Positions 1 to 7,141 of a stretch of 11,638 nt of DNA are shown here, piece after piece (position 1 is the stretch's first letter; each line of letters begins with the position of its first letter). The position numbers and the translations under genes were made by a program. The notes under the pieces are model-generated. The model had not been told where the DNA came from. It was given only the letters and a program-made list of their open reading frames with translations, and did not search any database. The DNA is from Synechococcus sp. (lineage in GTDB: Bacteria > Cyanobacteriota > Cyanobacteriia > Thermostichales > PCC-7336). The DNA is taken from NCBI GenBank assembly GCA_051439425.1, contig JBFRWD010000034.1:1-11638 (forward strand). The letters run 5' to 3'.

Positions 1-527
1 CTATATTGCCGCGCTTCTTGCGCGAACAAGACGTGAAATGGCGATACCGCCAGCAACCCGATCACAAACCAGCCTGTCGTCGGTGATTCGAACAGCTCCA
101 GACACAGCCAGTAGATCGCCGGAAAAATGAACAAACTAATAACAGCTGGAAGGGCGCGAAAAGACGTGACAGAACTGCCAAAGATCGAAATCCATCCTCG
201 CTCCAGGAGGTAAAACAGAGGCGGGTGTTCGGGGTGGGTGGCCAGAGAGTGTAGGGTGTCTCCCCAAGTGCGATCGCCTGGAGCTTGGTATTGCAGTAAT
301 TCTTCGATGGTGAGATAGCGATCGCGAATGGCTTCGTTGACTTCTTCACCCACGTAGCCACTCACACGTAAGGATGTGTACACCTCATCGTGGGCATATA
401 CCTTCAAATCTAAATTCACCAACCTCAGCACAATGCCAACGATCAGCACAACAGTGACAAACCACCGCAAAGTTGCTGGTGGAACACTGACGTATCGCTG
501 GCCGGTCTGAGACAATCTGTTGTTCAC
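1..527 (-). CDS. GT-C fold membrane glycosyltransferase (GT39/PMT-ArnT-like), 5' part; runs off the left edge of the window
   Basis: Not in the ORF track; manually translated open frame from GTG 527: VNNRLSQTGQRYVSVPPATLRWFVTVVLIVGIVLRLVNLDLKVYAHDEVYTSLRVSGY...HPEHPPLFYLLERGW...LLAVSPFHVLFAQEARQY. TM1 followed by the DE dyad (HDE), the HPPLFY motif and the EARxY motif are hallmarks of this family. Start uncertain (GTG 527 or TTG 515). Confidence 0.88.
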   Translation of the reverse strand, partial: MNNRLSQTGQRYVSVPPATLRWFVTVVLIVGIVLRLVNLDLKVYAHDEVYTSLRVSGYVGEEVNEAIRDRYLTIEELLQYQAPGDRTWGDTLHSLATHPEHPPLFYLLERGWISIFGSSVTSFRALPAVISLFIFPAIYWLCLELFESPTTGWFVIGLLAVSPFHVLFAQEARQY

Positions 528-723
528 GAAAGCGAAAGCCACGGATGCAGAATGCAGCCATTGTGCAGCAGAACGGCATATTTGTAGCAGTTTGCGATCG
601 GAATTGCGCTCGACCGGATCTCAACATGCATACAGTCCCACTCCGAATTACCTCAGCTATCCTGCTTGGCTCATCAGGATCGATTCAGCTCCAGACCTCT
701 CGATTCTTATCTCCGAGAGACTA

Positions 724-2049
724 CTACTCGGCTGAATCTCCTGGATGGAACATCGGCGATATTGGCTTTACGTCGGGGCGAGGTTTCGGATTGGAATCAG
801 CACTGAGTTTGGAAGAAGATTTGAGATCGGGGTGATGGGAACTGGTGCCCCGTTCACCGTTTCTGTTAGTAGGCTCCCCATTGGCAGACATGCCATTAGG
901 GGGGGGGACATTAACAGCCTCACCATTCGAAGAACTGCCGTTTGCCGGCATCTGGGAAGCAGAAGGCTGGATTTTATTTGCCCCTCCTTTCAAGATCCGG
1001 CGACGAATAGCAGAAATCCGTTTGGCCCGTTTCCACACTTCCCACGTCGCCACAGCAACAATGACGGAAGCCCCGGCCAAAAATGTTCCCCCTGCCGGTA
1101 GACCAGTAAATACAAGGGCCAAACTCCCCATCCACAATGTCAGGGAGTAAATGAACAACACCGTCAGTCGATGGGGAACCCCTGCGCGCAATAGGCGATG
1201 GTGAAGGTGACGATTGTCGGCTAAAAACGGCGATCTCCCCTGACAAACGCGGCTAAAAATCACCGATGACATGTCTAAAATGGGCACCGCTAGGATGCAG
1301 AACGGCAGCAAAATCGCCAGCGTAGTAAAGCCCTTCGCCACTCCGATAATGCCAATGCCAGCCAGCGAAAACCCCAAAAAATAAGCCCCACCATCCCCCA
1401 TAAAAATCTGTGCGGGCCGAAAGTTATAGCGCAAAAAACCAAGCGAGCCGCCAGCCAAAGCTGCTGCAATCATCGCGGCTCCTGGCTGGTCGACGAGGAG
1501 AGTGACAATCAGCAAGCTGACAGCGGCAATACCTGACACTCCAGCCGCCAACCCATCCAAACCGTCCATCCAATTAATGGCATTGGCTAACCCTACCAGC
1601 CACGTCAGCGTCAATATCAAACTGACGGGAGTCGGCAGCATGACCACATCAAAATGGGGCAGTTGCAAAAACTCAATACTGACCCCCACTTTCCAGGCTG
1701 CGGTTGCCACCATCGCTTGTAAGACTAAGCGCAAACTGGCCGGAAGCTGGAACAGATCGTCCGCTAAGCCAATAAAGAAAAACAGCAGACCACCGACCGT
1801 CACCCCCCAAAGCTCGTATTCTTTCTCGGTGGGCAGCACCCCAAAAGCACCCGCGCGCCAAACCAATAACAGAGCGACGATCGTGCCCAAAAAAATTGAC
1901 ACCCCCCCGAGGCGAACCATTGGGCGGGTGTGCATTTTACGGTCGGAAGGTTGGTCAAACTTGCCGCTGCGAAGACCGACAGCCTTCACAGTTGGAGTGG
2001 TCCATAAAACGACGCAAGCGGCGGCCAGAAAGGCGACCAGATGATCCAT
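724..2049 (-). CDS. MraY/WecA/TagO-family polyprenyl-phosphate HexNAc-1-phosphate transferase (Glycos_transf_4)
   Basis: Motifs D-x-P-x-x-RK-x-H (DQPSDRKMH), RLGG, GLADD, NAINWMDGLDGLA, IFMGDGG and DNRHLHHRL; many TM segments; ATG lies 2 nt after the glyA stop, suggesting an operon. Confidence 0.93.
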   Translation of the reverse strand: MDHLVAFLAAACVVLWTTPTVKAVGLRSGKFDQPSDRKMHTRPMVRLGGVSIFLGTIVALLLVWRAGAFGVLPTEKEYELWGVTVGGLLFFFIGLADDLFQLPASLRLVLQAMVATAAWKVGVSIEFLQLPHFDVVMLPTPVSLILTLTWLVGLANAINWMDGLDGLAAGVSGIAAVSLLIVTLLVDQPGAAMIAAALAGGSLGFLRYNFRPAQIFMGDGGAYFLGFSLAGIGIIGVAKGFTTLAILLPFCILAVPILDMSSVIFSRVCQGRSPFLADNRHLHHRLLRAGVPHRLTVLFIYSLTLWMGSLALVFTGLPAGGTFLAGASVIVAVATWEVWKRAKRISAIRRRILKGGANKIQPSASQMPANGSSSNGEAVNVPPPNGMSANGEPTNRNGERGTSSHHPDLKSSSKLSADSNPKPRPDVKPISPMFHPGDSAE

Positions 2050-2051
2050 TG

Positions 2052-3380
2052 TTAAACGAGGGCAGCGGCTGGAGTCTCAGCAAGGTGGGGGTACAGGGGA
2101 AAGGCTGCACACAGCTCGGAAACCTGCTGACGGCAGTAGGCTAGCACACTTTCGTCTTCGGGATTCTGCAAACAATCCGCAATGATGTCAGCAATTCGAG
2201 TAAATTCGCTAACCCCTAGCCCGCGAGTGGTCAGTGCCGGAGAGCCCAACCGCAGACCGCTGGTCACAAAGGGAGATTCTGGATCGAAAGGAACGGTATT
2301 TTTATTGGCCGTAATTCCGATCTCTTCCATGAGGGCATCAGCACGCTTGCCGGTCATAACGGTGTTCTCTACCCCCCCTTTTTGAGCTAAATAATCACTC
2401 ACTGAGCGCAGATCTAACAGGACGAGGTGATTGTCGGTTCCACCTGACACCAGTTTGACGCCGCGCGCCTGCAGGCGATCGCCCAAAGCCTTGGCATTGG
2501 CAATCACCTTGCCGGAGTAGGTCTTGAACTCGGGCTTGAGAGCTTCCCCAAAGGCCACGGCTTTAGCAGCAATCACATGCTCTAAGGGCCCCCCTTGAGT
2601 GCCGGGGAATACTGCCTTGTTGAACTTCTTACCCAGATCGGCATCCCGAGTCAGGATGAGGCCGCCTCGTGGGCCTCGCAGCGTTTTGTGGGTGGTGGTG
2701 GTGACAACGTCACAGATCGGAACAGGGTTGGGATGATGGCCGCTGGCAACCAAGCCGGCAATGTGAGCAATGTCTGCCATCAAGTAAGCTCCCACTTCAT
2801 CGGCAACGTTGCGGAAGGCAGCGAAGTCAATGGTGCGGGGATAGGCTGAATAGCCGCAGATTATCAATTTGGGCTTGTGTTCGAGGGCTAGCTCGCGGAT
2901 TTTGTCGAAGTCTAGCTGTTCGGTTTCGGGGTTAACTCCGTAGTGGACGACGTTGAACCACTTACCGGAGACGTTAACAGGAGAACCGTGGGTGAGGTGG
3001 CCACCGTGGGACAGCTCCATACCCATGATGGTGTCGCCAGGCTGGAGCAGGGCAAGGAATACGGCAAAGTTGGCCTGTGCGCCGGAGTGGGGCTGGACAT
3101 TAGCGGCCTCAGCGCCAAACAGTTCTTTGATGCGATCGATCGCCAGTTGTTCGACGTGATCGACATGTTCGCAACCACCGTAGTAGCGCTTGCCTGGTAG
3201 CCCCTCAGCATATTTGTTGGTCAGTACCGATCCTTGCGCTGCCATGACAGCTGGCGAGGTAAAGTTCTCACTAGCAATCATCTCGAGGCGATCTCGCTGG
3301 CGCACCAGTTCGTCTGACAAAATAGCGCTAACAGCAGGATCGGTCTCAGCTAAGAAATCTAAGTTGGTACGCGCAGCCAC
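2052..3380 (-). CDS. glyA: serine hydroxymethyltransferase
   Basis: [35 protein letters not shown]-lysine motif [20 protein letters not shown] and TSGLRLG. I prefer the GTG at 3380 ([15 protein letters not shown] upstream) over the TTG at 3479, because the latter leaves only 15 bp to the divergent gene at 3495. Confidence 0.97.
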   Translation of the reverse strand: MAARTNLDFLAETDPAVSAILSDELVRQRDRLEMIASENFTSPAVMAAQGSVLTNKYAEGLPGKRYYGGCEHVDHVEQLAIDRIKELFGAEAANVQPHSGAQANFAVFLALLQPGDTIMGMELSHGGHLTHGSPVNVSGKWFNVVHYGVNPETEQLDFDKIRELALEHKPKLIICGYSAYPRTIDFAAFRNVADEVGAYLMADIAHIAGLVASGHHPNPVPICDVVTTTTHKTLRGPRGGLILTRDADLGKKFNKAVFPGTQGGPLEHVIAAKAVAFGEALKPEFKTYSGKVIANAKALGDRLQARGVKLVSGGTDNHLVLLDLRSVSDYLAQKGGVENTVMTGKRADALMEEIGITANKNTVPFDPESPFVTSGLRLGSPALTTRGLGVSEFTRIADIIADCLQNPEDESVLAYCRQQVSELCAAFPLYPHLAETPAAALV

Positions 3381-3494
3381 AGCAGTTCCCCAACGATGGT
3401 CGGATAAAGAGCTTTGACATGCTAGCACGCGTTCGTGGGGGATTGGAGGGGCAGCGTTTGAACAGTTCGACTGGGTCAAAAGTAGCTTAATTGT

Positions 3495-4028
3495 ATGGAT
3501 GTAGCTCTACGCTGGTTGACTGCAGCAACCACATTCCCGTCTCACACTCTGTGGTGGCAATCGCTGGCGTGGCTGGTGGCCTACGCGGTCATCGTGATTC
3601 CAGTTGGATTTCGAACCGGGCTGCTGACATGGGAACCCGTGACAGACAAGCGCCTCGCCCTACAAGCTGGGGCGATCGCCTTCTTTGTGCCCTCTCTGCT
3701 AGAAGAATCCATCTTTCGAGTTATCGCGCTACCACGTCCTGCCGAAGCTGGCCCTCGATGGCTAATGTGGGCGGCCATCAGCTTGGTGATATTTATCGCA
3801 GTGCATCCCCTCAACGGGATGACTTACCTCAAGGCAGCGCGATCGACATTTGTTGACCCGATCTTCCTGGCCTGCGCGGGACTTCTGGGGGCTCTGTGTA
3901 CGCTGCTGTATTGGTACAGTCAGTCGCTGTGGCCACCCACCGTAGTGCATTGGCTAGTGGTGGTAGTGTGGTTGCTTCTATTGGGAGGATTGCGTAGGAC
4001 ATCTCCTCCCGCAGAGGATGCGTTATAG
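3495..4028 (+). CDS. CPBP (CAAX protease / Abi) family intramembrane glutamic endopeptidase
   Basis: EExxFR motif (LLEESIFR), FxxxH (FIAVHPLN), SLWP...H ([10 protein letters not shown]); very hydrophobic 177-aa protein. Confidence 0.9.
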   Translation: MDVALRWLTAATTFPSHTLWWQSLAWLVAYAVIVIPVGFRTGLLTWEPVTDKRLALQAGAIAFFVPSLLEESIFRVIALPRPAEAGPRWLMWAAISLVIFIAVHPLNGMTYLKAARSTFVDPIFLACAGLLGALCTLLYWYSQSLWPPTVVHWLVVVVWLLLLGGLRRTSPPAEDAL

Positions 4029-4220
4029 CAATCCGCTGCAAGGTCTGGAGGGGGGAGACCGAGAAAATACTTGCTTTTCAAGGGAAAGTAGTTAGGGAAA
4101 TCTCCATAGCGGATTGCCAATTGCCATAAATAGCGGAAGGAAGGAGCAAGGCGAACCATCCCGATAGGTCGTTGCGGTACAAGGCGAATATTCCGCTCTA
4201 GCTCCTTCATCAAGCGGGCG

Positions 4221-4430
4221 TTAGCTCAGCTGGCGAACCTCAGCATGAGTGCCGATCTCGGTACTGGCGGCTCGGGGCACCTGTTGATCTGCTGGACGAT
4301 CGCGCAGCTCGGCCCGCAACACAGCCAAACCAAATACAGTCGTCACGCCCAATACAATCCCGAGGATTTCTAGCCACATCGCTGATGAAGACTTGGAGGA
4401 GGTGCTAGCGGTGCGTTCGACGGAATTCAT
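4221..4430 (-). CDS. small single-pass membrane protein, hypothetical (69 aa)
   Basis: ATG preceded by an SD-like AAGGTGG; one clear hydrophobic segment (WLEILGIVLGVTTVFGLAVL); occupies otherwise empty space. Confidence 0.6.
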   Translation of the reverse strand: MNSVERTASTSSKSSSAMWLEILGIVLGVTTVFGLAVLRAELRDRPADQQVPRAASTEIGTHAEVRQLS

Positions 4431-4735
4431 GAAGCCACCTTAAAACTCACCCGTAATGTGCCCTACGTAGCCTGCCTAGGAAGCCACGCAAGGATCGGCA
4501 TTTGTACTGACGTGAGGCAGGTGGCTAGCGTCGTCTTAGATATATATGCCGACATCCTTCGACTTTTTGTTACATAGCGAAACATAGACGGACGAGCTAT
4601 CGAAGAATGAACTTGGGCTGAGCGTTGCGAAACGGGGAACAATCGCCCCCGAAATTCGCTTGCCCTCATCTCAAACCCTTCACCTGAGGACGAGAGAACT
4701 CTCCATAGCAGATTACAGATGCTATACATATATGC

Positions 4736-4963
4736 CTAGTTGGTGCTGCAAAAGGTTGCACGGCTTGGGCAGGTGTCGAGTTGTTGAACTTCTCGTAATT
4801 CTGGACGCGGAATTCCACTTTCCGAACTGGATCCGCGTGCATCTAGCTTGGCGAGGACTAGCAATATACGTGGGGTAGCTTCTACTCGCGGGGCGGTGAT
4901 GGCGAGAGTACCGAACATCGACAGGGCGATCGCGGAAAGTAGAGCAATTTTTGGGAGTCTCAT
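4736..4963 (-). CDS. small secreted protein/peptide, hypothetical (75 aa)
   Basis: AGAGG SD upstream of the ATG; Sec-like signal (MRLPK, hydrophobic core, VEA cleavage site); two C-terminal cysteines (CPSRATFC). Confidence 0.7.
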   Translation of the reverse strand: MRLPKIALLSAIALSMFGTLAITAPRVEATPRILLVLAKLDARGSSSESGIPRPELREVQQLDTCPSRATFCSTN

Positions 4964-5524
4964 GTGAGTAACCTCTATTAATTGAGAAAACCGACGGAGA
5001 ACGTGAGTTCCTGACAGTTCCTAGTTAACGAGGCAGCTCTGAGAGCCAACTGACCGAGGCAAGCAGACGGGGTGAGGATCTCGCGAAAGCTTTCTCACCC
5101 AAGTCTCAGGAGCAATCTACTTGGGGACAGTAAGCATTAGCCAGGCATTTCCCCTTTGAAGCTGGCGAGAGCGTAGATCGATGAAGCCACGAGCAGAGCA
5201 GAGCAAGTGAGCAAGCCAATTTGAGGGCTAACGAACTTCATCAGCAGAATGCCGATCGCGACTGGACCCAAAAACAGAATAGGCATCATAGCAATAGAGA
5301 ACGAATGGTGCGGAAGACAATTGGCTGGATCGTGCCCGATGTAGCCACGGGTCTCTACTCAAACGGTAAAAGCGGGCTTGAAGGGGATCGCATTTCTTCA
5401 GTAACTCTTCCAACCGCGAGCAACCCCTCTCTGAGGTTGAGGGGCTATAGCTGAAGGACGCATGCATGGTTGCAAAAGACAGCCAGTGTTAGTCAGTTGT
5501 CGACTTGATGATTGGGGAAATGGA

Positions 5525-5911
5525 ATGGAGATCGAGCGATATTCCAACGGCACGGTTTGGGAAGCGCAAGTGGGTTACTGCCGAGCGGTGAAAGCCGGAG
5601 AGTTGATTTTCGTTTCTGGCACGGCCCCTGCAGCAGATGGAGGTGGAACTTTTGCGCCTCACGATGCCTACGCTCAGACTAAGCGCTGTTTGGACATTAT
5701 CGAGCAGGCTCTGCAGCACTTTGGGGCCGATCGGCATAATGTTTTGCGGACACGGATGTTCGTTACGGATATGCAGCGGTGGGAGGAATATGCCCGCGGG
5801 CACCAAGAAATGTTTGGAGATTGTCCGCCGGCGTCAACCATGGTGGAAATTCAGGGACTGGTGAATGACGACATGACCATTGAGATCGAAGTCGATGCAG
5901 TTCTGCACTGA
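5525..5911 (+). CDS. Rid (YjgF/YER057c/UK114) family protein, non-RidA subfamily
   Basis: WEAQVGYCRAV, FVSGT, RTRMFVTD, PASTMVEI and IEIEVDA motifs. Start placed at ATG 5525 (GGGGA/GGA upstream) rather than 5462, giving 128 aa, typical for the family. Confidence 0.9.
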   Translation: MEIERYSNGTVWEAQVGYCRAVKAGELIFVSGTAPAADGGGTFAPHDAYAQTKRCLDIIEQALQHFGADRHNVLRTRMFVTDMQRWEEYARGHQEMFGDCPPASTMVEIQGLVNDDMTIEIEVDAVLH

Positions 5912-5989
5912 TACCGACCGGCAACATCTCCTCCGAAGGTTGTTTGGTTGGACCTATTAGCTACCCAGCAGTTGAGCAGTGGGTTATAG

Positions 5990-6811
5990 CTACAGATGGC
6001 AATCGGTAAACTTTCGGCCTGTTTCCAGCCAATGGCGATTAGCCAGAGCAAATCCCAACGGGTTACCAGCATCCACGATCGCCCCATCAGCCATCACCCC
6101 CAACAACCGCTTGTGCCTCACCAGTTCCTGCCAAATCGGGACATCGTCAAATTCCCCTTGGCCATCAAACACTTGCTGATGTTGCCGAGCCAACACCAAA
6201 AATTCACTATCCAAAATGCCAATTCCCACCCCTTTCTGCTGCCCCTGTGATTTCTGTTGAGCATCAGATGCAGTTGAAAGGCGATCGCGACTTTTATCTT
6301 TTAATTGCAGGATGCGGTAACAGTCACCATTCAGAGGGGCAGTCACAATTCGCCCCGTACCCTGAAAAAACTCTAACCATTGCGACGGAACCCACGTCAA
6401 TCCCAGGACCGCTTGGTCGTAAGTTGCGTACGCCTGTTTGAGTGCCGCAATGGGAGAAGTGGGACAAAAACACACCTCGTCAGGCATGAAAAATACGAAC
6501 GGCTCGTCAGCCAAAAACTCCCCCGCCCTCAAAATGGCATCGGCCACTCCCTTAGGTTCCGGTTGCTCGACAAAGTGAATGGTGCAGTCTAGATCTAGCG
6601 TAGAAACGTAGTCCTGAATTGCCGTTTTTCTGGAAGTAACGATAATCGCAATCTCGCGCACATCTCCCCGGACTAATTCAGCGATCGCCCGATGCAGCAT
6701 GGGCACGGAACCAATCGGCAATAGCTCTTTTGGAACCGTTCGGGTCACGGGATGCAGACGGGTTCCCAGTCCAGCAGTCGGAACAATCGCTTTTCGAACG
6801 GGCTTGGGCAC
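5990..6811 (-). CDS. sugar-phosphate nucleotidyltransferase, GalU-like
   Basis: N-terminal KAIVPTAGLGTRLHPVTRTVPKELLPI signature, QPEPKGVADAI and a C-terminal DAGNPLG; GGAGAG SD before the GTG. Confidence 0.88.
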   Translation of the reverse strand: MPKPVRKAIVPTAGLGTRLHPVTRTVPKELLPIGSVPMLHRAIAELVRGDVREIAIIVTSRKTAIQDYVSTLDLDCTIHFVEQPEPKGVADAILRAGEFLADEPFVFFMPDEVCFCPTSPIAALKQAYATYDQAVLGLTWVPSQWLEFFQGTGRIVTAPLNGDCYRILQLKDKSRDRLSTASDAQQKSQGQQKGVGIGILDSEFLVLARQHQQVFDGQGEFDDVPIWQELVRHKRLLGVMADGAIVDAGNPLGFALANRHWLETGRKFTDCHL

Positions 6812-7141
6812 CAGTGACTCTCCACAACACGCATCTGGTCAGCATGCCTCTATCGTAGTTGCCATCTTGGGTCTGGCAGGGGGTGTCCTACCCCAGGCAG
6901 AGCCTTCTAGAGCCTTTCTGTATTGAGTCGCTTTACCGTACGATCTAGCCATAGCCAAAATGGACGATTAATCTGCATGAAGTAGCCACTATCCCCTATC
7001 GATCGGCCAGACTTGTTACAAAACTCTCATCGAATGGCAACCGGGCTGCAGCCGGTCCAAGAGAATGTACCAACCTCTCCCTGTTCCTTCAGGAGCGCAC
7101 AAGCGTGTTTGGGTTCGAGTACTCACACATAGGAGAACATC

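Noticed and set aside
62..835. ORF-track ORFs 62-361, 385-627, 520-735 and 545-835
   Set aside because: They are alternative-frame or antisense overlaps of the GT-C and WecA-like genes and have no recognisable motifs.
3381..3479. 33-aa N-terminal extension of GlyA from TTG 3479 (begins MTQSN, resembling some GlyA N-termini)
   Set aside because: No SD, non-conserved-looking sequence, and only 15 bp to the divergent CPBP start; GTG 3380 is more plausible, though not proven.
4028..4208. Retron msr-msd or tRNA
   Set aside because: No reverse transcriptase in the window and no tRNA consensus loops.
3920..4213. 97-aa ORF as an independent gene
   Set aside because: No upstream SD, overlaps the CPBP gene antisense by ~109 nt and has no recognisable family; kept only as a speculative frameshift extension.
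4542..4736. 9-bp direct repeat ATATATGCC (4542, 4728) as the target-site duplication of a MITE
   Set aside because: No terminal inverted repeats inside; compatible with chance.
5191..5215. GAGCA x3-4 short tandem repeat
   Set aside because: Too short and low in complexity to assign a function; no spacers, so not CRISPR.
5221..5467. ORFs 5221-5454 (+) and 5228-5467 (-)
   Set aside because: No convincing SD, protein-like composition or motifs.
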